Positions 13,666-24,637 of a stretch of 64,000 nucleotides of DNA are shown in pieces; within the stretch, counting starts at the first letter, position 1, and each line of letters opens with the position of its first letter. Position numbers and translations under genes: made by a program. The notes beneath the pieces were generated by a model. That model was not told where the DNA came from and searched no databases. It worked only from the letters and a program-made list of their open reading frames with translations. This DNA comes from Curvularia clavata (lineage: Eukaryota), in the NCBI GenBank assembly GCA_023920165.1, contig CP089277.1:1178001-1242000 (forward strand), read 5' to 3'.

Positions 13666-14825
13666 ATGCCGAGCAATATGCGCATCGCCATAGCAGGTAA
13701 GGAATATCCAGTTGACTAAAAAGCATCTGCTGACGATGTAATGAACAATAGGTACCTGCGGCCTAGCACTGCTGATAGCTCAGGAAATCAACAACACAAC
13801 CAGTCACCAACTGGTCATCCTCTCGAGAACCGTACGTACTCAGAGGCAGTCCAGCATTAGATTGCCGTATACCATTCAATCAAGCTGACTTGTGTTAGCA
13901 TCAAACAAGTCTCATAGCATCTGGCTACAACTGCCAGACCGTCGACTACAATAACCCGGCCTCGCTCCAACATGCCTTGATGGGCGTGGACACAGTCATC
14001 TCCACAGTGTTGGGAAATGCCCAGCTTCGGCTCATTGAAGCGGCCGTTCAATGTCGTGTGCGACGGTTCGCGCCCGCTGAGTTCCAAGGCCAACCAGGTT
14101 TACGAAGCCAGAACGGGCTACTCGACCGTGGAGAGAATGCAGCACTGGCTCTGCTAAAGCATTACAGTAGCCATATGCAGTACGCCGTCTTCGTCTGCGG
14201 TATTCTCTACGAGCGATTCTCGGTCAATGGAATGTTGTCCCATCGTATGGGTACCAGCACAGGTTATGGCAACGAAGGAGACTTTATCGCCAATCCTCGG
14301 CAGATGACTTCGACGGCTCCAATATACGATGCTGCACAAAACCTTTCATGGCTGTGTTTGACGTCTGCATATGATGTCGCACAGTTTGTCGTTCGAGCCA
14401 TTGACTTGCCCAGTTGGCCTTCCGAGATGAGTATGTGTGGCGAACGCATGACTGTACACAGTCTTGTGGAGATAATCAGGGCTTGTAGGAGTATGTTGAA
14501 CCTCTCAAGCATGAAGCTGGCAACAAACTGACTATCAACAGATCGTCCTTGGGTTAGCATTGAATACCAAGCTCCTACAAGTACGTGCCCCTTTTTTTAC
14601 TTGCGGGTTTGAATACTGACTGGATCCGCAGACCTCGAATACCGGATGACCATGGCACAGCTGGAGGGAGACGTAGCTGGACAAAGACGGCTCGCCTCGC
14701 TCCTCGCGACGGCAGAGGGACGTTATGACTTTGTAGTGCCCGCTTACCTCAACGCGGTCTTTCCAGACATCCACGTGACTCGTTTCCAGGACTGGTTCCT
14801 GCGTAACTGGGCATCCATTCCATGA
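13666..14825 (+). CDS. NmrA/isoflavone-reductase-like NAD(P)-binding protein, 4 introns
   Basis: MRIAIAG-TCGLA Rossmann start, VDYNNPASLQHALMGVDTVIS, RRFAPAEF, DVAQFVVRAIDL. Confidence 0.85.
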
Positions 14826-15625
14826 ACAAACGACCCACATACGTCATACATGAATTACGTGTCCATCAGGATCTCCGATGCGGGGAGTTATGGTAAGGAC
14901 ACATGGGTCAAAGCATGAGAAAATCTTGTCACGATAAACTCAGGCAATATACCCGCTCGATATGTCCGATGGCTGGCAGATCCCTGTTGTGTCACTGGTC
15001 TGGGAATTCATACCCGCTTTCCCCATGCGGCTGGCCGTCTTTGATATTGCTTTCTGGGTTGTTATGTTGTTGAATATGTCTCTCGTCTTTTCTTGGGCTG
15101 CAGACAGCAGAACAGTAGGGGATACTAAATGCCCTGATTATACAAGAAATTGAATCCTCAATTGTCTTACTACTTGGCTTCGTGATCCCCTAGCCACAAT
15201 CAACCCACACACGACGCTTTCCAAAGATGCGGCTTGTTCGTACCGATGCACAGGCCCATACGCTAGCTGATTTTGCAAAAGACCATCCGATGATGCGAAA
15301 TCCCCACTCTGCTGGGTGGGAATCTGCCATGGGCAATTGCATCAGTCAGACGTCATGGTGGGGCCAATGCTCTCCGCTACCATAATAAAACACCAACGCG
15401 CCTGAACATACAGTTTTCTTTCCAGTATCACAACCACAACTTCAATCGCATTTCAAGCGCCAAATCCAATCTCACGACACTCTTGATTTCTTATTCATAC
15501 CAATAAAGTAGGTATTTTCCTGTGTGTTGGGCGCTATAATGCTTCAAGAAGCAAGACGCGCACTCCACTTGCGTATGCTTGGCAGTTCTGAATGCTAACA
15601 AATCCAGCACGCAACCACAGCCAAA

Positions 15626-16006
15626 ATGGTCTCTTCTCAGCAAGGTTACGCAGAAACCACCGTTGACATGAAGGGCAACACCCAGGCCGTCAACGAGGCC
15701 CAGTCCAACCTCCCTCTTCCCGACCAGCCCCCAGTTGCATCCGACTTCAACTCCTCCGATGCTAGGACCGTCAATGTCGGCTCTGGCAGCCAGGAGGACA
15801 AGTTTGCCTCTGGCGGCGGAGCCCTTCGTGAGCCCGCTGTCGGTGCCGGTGGTGCTGCCGGCCGTGAGGCTAAGGACGGTCTCAGCGGCATTCCCAACGA
15901 CGCTGTCTCCCGTGAGGCCAAGGACCACTCTGGCCTTGCCGACACAACTGGCAAGGACTATGGATACCCATCAAAGAACGACCCCAGCTCTGGCATCAAG
16001 CAGTAG
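15626..16006 (+). CDS. Small hydrophilic Gly/Ala/Asp-rich hypothetical protein (stress/spore-type)
   Basis: 126-aa ORF, strong C-ending codon bias, CAAAATG start context, 5'UTR intron (GTAGGT...CTAAC...CAG, approx. 15509-15607). Confidence 0.75.
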   Translation: MVSSQQGYAETTVDMKGNTQAVNEAQSNLPLPDQPPVASDFNSSDARTVNVGSGSQEDKFASGGGALREPAVGAGGAAGREAKDGLSGIPNDAVSREAKDHSGLADTTGKDYGYPSKNDPSSGIKQ

Positions 16007-16628
16007 AGTTTTCCAAAAAAGGTGGCATATTAAGATACCCGAAAACAAAGTGGGATTGAAGGATTTCGTTAACATAAAGGCCACTGTCATTGCGTTCGGT
16101 TGGTCAACTGCATGAGCAGTATTATGACGATTTATATACGAATGGAATGAATAATGAAGTAAATAAATGTCTTCATCGTGATGCTACCCTAGCAAGTGTG
16201 ACTTCTGATACTGGGTGAGAATATTTGATGTGCGTCTGGTGCTGCCGTACAGAATGGCCTGTGTCAAATAAACAACATGATAGAAAAGCGGTAGTAGAAC
16301 GATGAACCAGGTTCCATAGCGTCTCACATATTGGTCTACTTTCTCTTGAAAGTATTCTAGTGAGAACATTCCGCTGTAAGACAGCAGTGCGGCACTTAAT
16401 ACTCTGAATTCGTCTTAGACGCGGCGTGTTCATGTACTCACTAGTCGCTCGAAGTGGCTTGCCAAGACAACACTATTCCCGACGCTCCAACCGCAGAGCA
16501 CGCATGAATCTTCAGTGTCCGTTTCAATCTGGTGGATCGGTCACTACGATCCAAGTACATATCACACCATCACATGTATGACCCAGAACAGGGCGGGGCT
16601 AGTACGCTTGACTGGTGCACAGCGCCTT

Positions 16629-16636
16629 TGACGTCA
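16629..16636. promoter_or_regulatory. CRE/ATF-type palindrome TGACGTCA
   Basis: Exact match about 190 nt upstream of the ATG at 16820. Confidence 0.5.
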
Positions 16637-16819
16637 CCCGTACGCCAACCTACGCCATATCAGATAGGTCACCATGATATATGAACGTGTATAGAAGTAT
16701 TAAAGACAGCTCAACTTTTCTTACACATTCCCATATCATCTGCAATAATCAAGGCACTTGCATCTCGTAACATACTGTAAAGCACAACCAAATTTACCTG
16801 ATTTCAACATAAAATCAAC

Positions 16820-17564
16820 ATGACTTCAGCCGGACAGAAGGTATGCGTTCCATATCCCAAAGACTTGGCCTGCCCACTACGACTTTACCTTGCAGCAGAA
16901 TGTCGTTTGGAATAACATCGCTTACTCCAGTCTCCAGGTCACCACCGACCCCCAGTCGAAGATCCCTATCAACGAGGCTGTCGGTACCGTCACATCCGAC
17001 TCACTCGCAGGCGAGTCTCTCAAGAGTCACGGTCACTTTGGTGAAGGCAATCCCAAGGCAGGAGTCAGTGATCAGCCTTCTTCCTCAACAACTACAAACA
17101 CAACCGACACTTCCAATGCTACCAAGCTCAACGCTGCCGTCAATGCTGAGGCGCGGGACGCCCAGAAAGGAGAGAGTACGGACAAGATCATAAACTCAGG
17201 CAAGGGACAGGGCAAGGAAGCTGGTGTTGGTCCCACATACGCACCCCCTGGTGGTGCTCCTGGCGGTTCTTCAGGTGGTGCTGGGGGAGCTTCGAGTGTT
17301 ACTGGCACAGCACCTGTCGCTCTATCAGGCACATACGTCGACCCGAACGTACTTAAGCCCAAGGGCAACAACCTGACAGAGGACCCCGAATTGCACGGAG
17401 ACCGCAAGTTTGGCGAGATTGGTACAGTGAACGACCCAGCTAGGGTAGCAGAGCAGAAGCTTCAAGGTGTAAACGCTGCGAATGCTGGTGTTACGCCCAA
17501 AACGGCCGATATGGCACAGGGCGGCGACAGCAAGTTTAGCAACCTGGGGGACGTTAATGCTTAA
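16820..17564 (+). CDS. Hydrophilic hypothetical protein (Gly/Thr/Ser-rich), 1 intron
   Basis: MTSAGQK|intron|QNVVWNN...GTVTSDSLAGES...KPKGNNLTE...NDPARVAEQK; canonical intron. Confidence 0.75.
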
Positions 17565-17928
17565 ATTTGGTTAGCAAAGATATAACATGGCAATACGGAT
17601 GGCATGTAGTAGAAGTCATAGTACGATAACAAATTAACTCGATAATTGACTACTAGAAGGATGTGTATGAGATGGGACGCATTGGTGTCGCGTGCTTGCG
17701 ATGAGACCGTCAGGGTAATTAGCAGCTGGCGGGGGAATCCCTTTTGGGCCACTTCCGCGGGCACGGACGCTGATCATTGCAGCACAAGGTGGCCTTTCGC
17801 GTCGCATCACCTCCATGTGTCAACGTCGCTCATTAGTTCACCCCCGCCTTTTGCTTTCTTCCCATTTGCTTTGTGCTGGATGGCGATTGGGGCTGCAGTA
17901 CCCTGATTACCACGACTGAGCGCCCAAT

Positions 17929-19324
17929 ATGAACGGTTTCGGGGAACATGGACATGATGAGGATGCGTTTGGGCCGGCCAAAGGAGGCATCGTGTCAAGT
18001 TTCGATGCTTTTCGTAAGTACCACTCTGCGTGCGCAAATCCAATGATATATGTGTAAAGAGAGAACGAGACATGGGCGTGGCGGAATTGTGCTCTGTGCA
18101 AAGGCGACCGCTTGAATCTATGCGACACTACTCACTTTAGCACGGATAACTCGACTAACAGATAACCACAGCCAAAACCAAAAAGACATACCTTGTCCAG
18201 GGTCGCAATTCCTCCGCGTGGACAATTACTCTCATCATCACATGCATCTATTTGACCTGGTCCGAGATCGCACGCTGGTATGCTGGCACAACGACTCAGT
18301 CCTTCGCCGTCGAGAAGGGTATATCCCACGACATGCAAATAAACCTCGATGTGATTGTGGCCATGAAATGCGGCGACCTCCATGTAAACATGCAAGACGC
18401 TGCAGGCGACCGTACACTAGCAGGCGAGCTCCTACGCAAAGACCCAACTTCGTGGTCACAGTGGACTGGCAAGAACACAGAAAAGGGCACGCATGAGCTA
18501 GGCAAGGATGAAGGAAACCAGATCCCGACGTGGGAGGAATACGGCGATGTGCATGAGCAGTTGGGAAAAGCGACGAAGAAGAAGTTCAGCAAGACACCGA
18601 GAGTACGCGGACCGACCGACAGCTGTAGAATCTACGGCAGCCTGGATGGAAACAAGGTACAGGGAGACTTCCACATTACTGCCAGAGGACATGGATACAT
18701 GGAGTTTGGAGAGCATCTGGACCACTCGAGTAAGTTGAACTACCCAGAGCCATACGAGTTCTCACTAATAACAAAACAGCCTTCAACTTCTCTCACATCA
18801 TCCGCGAAATGTCCTTTGGACCCTACTACCCTTCTCTGACCAATCCCCTCGATTCCACCATCGCCGTGACTCCCACCCCCGCCGACCACTTCTACAAATT
18901 CCAATACTATCTCTCCATTGTCCCCACTATCTATACCGACGATCCCTCTCTCATGCCCATGCTTGAAACCGTCGCCTCCACAAAAAACCACCCTTCTTCC
19001 AACATCTTCCACACTACGCACGCTATCAAGACGAACCAGTACGCCGTCACCTCGCAGTCACACAAGGTCGACGAGAACTATGTCCCTGGTATCTTTGTGA
19101 AATTCGATATCGAGCCGATTATGCTGGCCATTGTCGAGGAGAGCAGAGGGTTCTGGAAACTCATGGTTACGCTGGTGAATGTGGTCAGTGGAGTCATGGT
19201 TGCGGGAAGCTGGGCGTGGCAGATGTTTGATTGGGCGAGTGAGGTTGTGGGGAAGAGGAAGCGGAGGGGTGATGGCGTGGGTGTTTTGGGTACGCCGTCG
19301 ATGGAGAAGCAGAGCTGGGATTAA
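17929..19324 (+). CDS. ERV41: ER-Golgi vesicle protein Erv41 (ERGIC2), 2 introns
   Basis: FDAF|PKPK, QINLDVIVAMKC, CRIYGSLDGNKVQGDFHITARGHGY, NPLD, FQYYLSIVPT, PGIFVKFDIEP, two TM segments. Confidence 0.92.
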
Positions 19325-19835
19325 GTGGGTGGTATATTTTCTAGGGCGAGAGCTGGACACAGGGTGGTTGCATTTGTTTGGCGTTTGAGGGCATGTTTGA
19401 TGATGTTGGTTTTGTAAGTATAGAAGTGAAATATCTCGACCTAGTTTTGTTGTTGTACTTTTGTCTTGATTCTGTCTTGTCTTTAAGGACTCTCCCACAG
19501 CTAGTCAAACTAGAACATAGTGGCTTAACTTTAAAAGTAGCTGTAGTCGTCAAAATCATCTATCATTTCTTGTGTTGTTAGCTTGTCCTTGTATATGGAC
19601 TCGTTTGATTTTGCGGTTTTACTATGGTAATTGTCGGAGAGGCAAAGTGTGATTCGAGAGTCTGCCTCGCATTGGACACATTTGCGTTTAGAAATCTTGG
19701 GAGACAAACACAGGTAACTGTAGTTCTTGAGATTCCTTATTCATAAGACCAGACTCTGTTACGGAGCCTTTTTTGACTACTCGATGCGTTCTGTACAATC
19801 CTATCATGATCCCATCAACGTCGCACCGCCCCTTA

Positions 19836-20520
19836 TTACTTCATGATCCAATCCCTCTCTACCTGCTGCGGCTCGACCACATCAACCTTACTGCCCACCC
19901 ATTTCGCTTCTCGCAACGGCCATATCACCGCCAGCACCTTTGACTTGACCAAACCCAGCGGCAGGGGCCCAAATAGCCTGCTATCCCTACTCCACTCGAG
20001 ATTGTCCCCTTGAACCCAGCAATGCCCTTCAGGCACACGAATCACCTCTTCCCTGACACTCGCCCACTTCCCGTCCACATCATCGGCCTCGATGTCCGTG
20101 TCTCTACGTCCCGGCGTAATAACGCTAACAAAGTCACCTGGCATGCCAATGACGCGCTTGCACCCATGCTCATGGGGAAACATGGGATGCGTATACGTTA
20201 TCACATCGCCGACCTGTATCTTGCGACCACGGCGATGAAGCGACGAGTAGAGGATCCAAGGGTGAGAGGTGAAGGAATGCGGGATAGTGGGAATCATGGA
20301 GATTCCGGTTGTAGAGCCCACACCGCCGATGTAGGTGACGACGACGTGACCGACGATAAAGACTTTGACTACTAGTGTGGCATTGCCTGAGCGCGGATTA
20401 GGCTGGGCTTCTTGGGCGTAAGGGAAAGAGTTATGGCTTACGCAACCATGCTCCTGGGTTGAGGAAGGCGGGTGCGGACTTTCTATGAAAGCGGTGCATG
20501 AAGGACCATGGTGGCGGCAT
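19836..20520 (-). CDS. IMP1: Mitochondrial inner membrane peptidase subunit (S26 family), 1 intron
   Basis: GISMIPT (catalytic Ser), KRVIGMPGD (catalytic Lys), VPEGHCWVQGDN..SRDSRLFGPLPLGL. Confidence 0.85.
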
Positions 20521-20749
20521 TACAAAGAGAGAGGCTGGAGCGCTGCTATCACCTGAGCATCTTTTGCCTTTTTTTGGCGCTAATTGGGCTTGCGCGTCTG
20601 CACAATTGACGTTGTGGGACTGTAATTGTTGGAGCGCGAGAATCGAAGTGCTCGAGTGATGAACGCCCACCAGAGCTAGAATATCTCCGGCGCTAGGTTA
20701 TAAACTCCGCCAGAGGTCATCCCACTTCACGAAGTTTGCGCGCTCTTGC

Positions 20750-21987
20750 ATGTACGCTGGAAAGATGATTCGAGTTCCGGATGAGGTAGTGGGCTTGAAG
20801 AGTCTTGATCAAGCAAGGCTGAGGTACACCTGATGTAGATTCTTTTCCGATATACGTTTTGCTGATTTCTCCAGACCTGCGCCTACTGGCCTTGAACGCG
20901 ACGGGTCATTGCAAGATGCTGTAAGAGGTGCATCCGTTTTCTCCAATACCTTTTTTTCGTTTTTTTTTAATGTTCCTTCCTGGTGCATCGTTCTAATTCT
21001 TGCTGAGTAACAGATCTGATAACATCTTACCATGATCTCAATTCTTCTACTATCGACATTCTCGAGGAAGAGCCGTCACCACTCCAGTTCATGCGACATG
21101 TGGCACGCAATCGCCCATTCGTAATCCGCAATGGAGCCTCAAACTTCCGTGCTCGCAAGCAATGGAACGCTCAATATCTTCAAGAAGTGATGCGAGGCCA
21201 AACCGTCAATGTAGCCATCACGCCTCACGGGAACGCCGATTCAGTCGTGCACCTCCCTAACGGCGGCTCCGTCTTCGTCAAGCCGTATGAGACCGAGCAG
21301 CCTTTCGGAACCATCCTGGACAAGATCCAGCGTCAAGAAAAAGACGGATCTTACTCTGGCCCTACGCATTATGCCCAAACCCAGAACGATAATCTACGCA
21401 ACGAGTACGCAACTCTATTCGCGGACGTCCCCGCCTCCATCCCCTTTGCCCGCATTGCCCTCGAGCAAGACCCAGATGCGATTAATTTCTGGCTCGGGAA
21501 CTCGCACTCGACCACCGCATTGCACAAGGACAACTACGAAAACATCTACGTCCAGGTCCTCGGCAAGAAGCACTTTGTTCTACTCCCACCCGTAGAAGCA
21601 CCCTGCGTGAATGAAAAGTCAGTTCTTGCTGCTACTTACCGGCCCAACTCCGCCACACCGAGTGACAATGGGAAAGTCGATCTCGTTATGGCCGTCGACG
21701 AGCCAGAGGAATACGTTCCATTCGCAACATGGGATCCAGACACACCGCTCGCAAACTGCACGCCTTACTCACAGTACTCGCAGCCCCTGTGTGTCACGCT
21801 CGAAGAAGGCGATATGTTGTATCTGCCTGCTCTCTGGTACCATAAAGTAGGCCAGAGTTGTAATGAAGAAGGACTATGCTGTGCTGTGAACTACTGGTAC
21901 GACCTTGATTTCAGCGGTGGGTTCTGGAGTACGGCGAACTTTGTGAGGAGTACAGGGCTTTTGTCTGGAGGAGAGGGAGTGGAGTAG
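20750..21987 (+). CDS. JmjC/cupin-8 domain 2OG oxygenase (JMJD7-like), 2 introns at the 5' end
   Basis: PSPLQFMRHVARNRP, AITPHGNAD, QTQNDNL, NFWLG...LHKDNYEN (HxD), LYLPALWYHKV; start codon tentative. Confidence 0.88.
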
Positions 21988-22195
21988 TAGGTGCTGGACG
22001 GCCAAGTGGTTGGAGTAATTTGGATTGTGGATGGTAAGACAGCTATTTTACTGTACAAACAAGGAGCGATTGTGACTAGAAAAAACTCAAGTTTTCAAAG
22101 GAACAAAGGGAGGAAATTACGATTAGGGGTATATCTAGTATCTACAGCACCAAATCTAACGCTACGATATATCTACGAACGCATGTACTGCTATG

Positions 22196-24283
22196 TTAAT
22201 GTTTCATCTTGACTTTGATATCAATCCCCCTCGCGCTCTGCCAGACGCTATCGCTGACTTTTACAGGCAACTTCCGTCCTTTGAGTCGTTGGTCGATCAG
22301 CCAAAGCCCCACAACAAACTCATATCTTGTCAGCCTTCCAATTGCTCGTCCGTCTACCAAGTCCCAAACCTCTTCCAATACATGTGTTGGCAAACGACTC
22401 CTTGTCCAGATCTCCCTGACCACAAGGTTGAGCACGTCGGCCGATGGATCATCGTCAGGCGGTGCACGAGGTGATGAAGGTATATGTAGGCCTTTGTTCG
22501 CCGCCCAGACTCCCTCGTAGCGCTTTCGCTCTCGATCTGTGATCTCATCACGCCATCGCTTTCGGGTACCCTCGTGATGCTTGTTTGGATGCTTTCTCCC
22601 TTTGATACCCATGATCCGCGTGCCTTTCTTTTTGTACTTTTCGGTCTTGCTGTCTTCATCATCTGACGAAGAAGGCTCTTTGCGCATGGTGGTTCGCATC
22701 TTCCCTGCACTTTTGGGAGGAGAATTTTTCTGTGGAGAAGGAGACCGGTGAAATGGCAGATGGTGGTGATGGTGCTTGCGCGGTGGGAAGAGAGGCTCGA
22801 CCGACATGGGGCGGGGTGAAGGAGAGCCATTGCGAGAGTGTGATGCTAGAGCGGCGCCCATTATGGCACTCGACAGAGACTCTCCAGTCATGTGCTGTGT
22901 GATCTGTTTGACTGACTCGCGCTGGTAATTGTTGTGATACATTGAAGGCGACGCAGTCCCAGCACGAGATGCTGGCCGACGAGTAGGCGAGAGATTCGGT
23001 AATGGAGACACTGATTTCGGGTTTTGATTCCCTGAGCGTGGTTTGATTTGTATTGGAGTTGTCGGCTGAAGTTTCTGCGAAGCTGGCACTGATTCCGGTT
23101 TGCGAGTAGTCGAACGACGAGGTGGAGGCACGGTTGGTTTGGGCTTCACCTCTGCTTCTTCCTCCTGTTCCTCCTTAGCCGATTTGAAGGAAGACGGCGT
23201 GGAAGGTGCTTTGGAGCTTTCCATGGATGCCGACGTTCTCCTTCTCTGTCTTGGAGTCGAGACTGGCATGTCTTGAGATGTTGACCGTGTTTGGCGAGAA
23301 CCTTTCTGAGATTGTGCATTTGGTGATGGCAAGTTCGTCGTCAGAGCTGCCAGCTCTGCTGGTTTCGGCTTGATCGCGGGAGACTTCAGAGGATCATTTT
23401 TGGGGGTATTGAAGTATGCTTTATCGCTTGCGCCATCGGTATTTCGTGGGGGCAGCTGGATCTGGTGCTTTGGCTTTGGTTTGACAGGCGGTGGTGTCTG
23501 AGTCTTCTTCCTTTGCAAAGGAACGTCTTCCGGGTCAGGCGGTAGTGTGAAGGCACGTTGCGGCTTCGGGGATCGAACAGGGGGCGGGGAACTTCGAGTG
23601 ACGTGCAAGGGCACCGACGTCTGACCCACTGGGGTTGTAGGTCTCCCTTGTTCAAACATTTGCACTAGCTTGTTTGTAGGCGGGATGGGGGTATCGTCGG
23701 TGGGTTTGTCGTCAGACGCTCGTCGTTGGACATGGCTAGCGATTGATTGCGACTCAAGACTGTCCCTTCTTTTCCGAGGCTGCTGACTGGGCCTCGCCGA
23801 CTCAAGTCTCGCAAGCATGTTGCCCACACTACCAGAGGGAGGTAGCATGTCCCTCTCATTCGTCTCTTGCTCATTCATAGCGGGCGCAGGTTCGAGTCTC
23901 GGCTGGGGTATAGGCCTCAAGGGGCTGTGTCGGGCAGCGGCCAGTCGTGCCGCGATGTTGGATGGCGAGGGTACGCGGTCAGCGTAGTCGCCATGCACGC
24001 TCAGCGAGGTACCGTTGTTTGTATTGGAAATGATTGGTCTGCTGACGCCTCCAGATCCGTCGGTGTGGTCTCGCTGTAAAGTTGCCGGACTGCCAGTTCC
24101 AACCCTCGTGGCTGCCAGCAGTGCTGCATTGTCTCCTCCGTTATACGTTTTAGTTACAGGCTTCGGCTTCGGGGAAGGCTTAGAGAAGGCTTTCGAGGCT
24201 CCTTGCAATGCCGCGTTCCGGACGTTGTGCTGTACCTCACCGGCTGGCTGCGGGACCCAGCCCTGCTTGCGTGGAGAGCTCAT
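22196..24283 (-). CDS. IRS4: Irs4/Tax4-like EH-domain protein
   Basis: Low-complexity Pro/Ser-rich body; C-terminal EH domain [14 protein letters not shown]...IWTRSRLP...VWDLVD...[19 protein letters not shown]. Confidence 0.85.
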   Translation of the reverse strand: MSSPRKQGWVPQPAGEVQHNVRNAALQGASKAFSKPSPKPKPVTKTYNGGDNAALLAATRVGTGSPATLQRDHTDGSGGVSRPIISNTNNGTSLSVHGDYADRVPSPSNIAARLAAARHSPLRPIPQPRLEPAPAMNEQETNERDMLPPSGSVGNMLARLESARPSQQPRKRRDSLESQSIASHVQRRASDDKPTDDTPIPPTNKLVQMFEQGRPTTPVGQTSVPLHVTRSSPPPVRSPKPQRAFTLPPDPEDVPLQRKKTQTPPPVKPKPKHQIQLPPRNTDGASDKAYFNTPKNDPLKSPAIKPKPAELAALTTNLPSPNAQSQKGSRQTRSTSQDMPVSTPRQRRRTSASMESSKAPSTPSSFKSAKEEQEEEAEVKPKPTVPPPRRSTTRKPESVPASQKLQPTTPIQIKPRSGNQNPKSVSPLPNLSPTRRPASRAGTASPSMYHNNYQRESVKQITQHMTGESLSSAIMGAALASHSRNGSPSPRPMSVEPLFPPRKHHHHHLPFHRSPSPQKNSPPKSAGKMRTTMRKEPSSSDDEDSKTEKYKKKGTRIMGIKGRKHPNKHHEGTRKRWRDEITDRERKRYEGVWAANKGLHIPSSPRAPPDDDPSADVLNLVVREIWTRSRLPTHVLEEVWDLVDGRAIGRLTRYEFVVGLWLIDQRLKGRKLPVKVSDSVWQSARGIDIKVKMKH

Positions 24284-24530
24284 CTATGGTCCATCGGGTT
24301 GGTCAGCACGATGACGTACGCAAGGGGTCCAAAGTATGTCGGTTCCGAGGGGCAGATGGCGCTATGCAGCATAGAGGGAAGTAGAAGAAAAGGGTCTGCC
24401 GCTGAGAACGCGGTGGAACCGCGACTCCGGCTTCTAAGATTAGCATCCTCAGCCTTACGAAGCGCCGTTGTATCCACCTGCGCATGGGTGATATCCTGAG
24501 AGTGCGCTAGCCGTTTTCATATCAAAGAGC

Positions 24531-24559
24531 CACGTGACTACGCGTGACGCTAAACGCGA
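24531..24559. promoter_or_regulatory. CACGTGAC plus ACGCGT/ACGCGA cluster (E-box and MCB-like sites) in the IRS4-LIG4 divergent promoter
   Basis: Sequence cacgtgactacgcgtgacgctaaacgcga about 100 nt upstream of the LIG4 ATG. Confidence 0.45.
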
Positions 24560-24637
24560 CACTCCAGGCATCCACGAGACAGTATACAAATACTAACGCC
24601 AGCTCACCGGCTGGTGCTCCTCCTCAATGTACACAAA

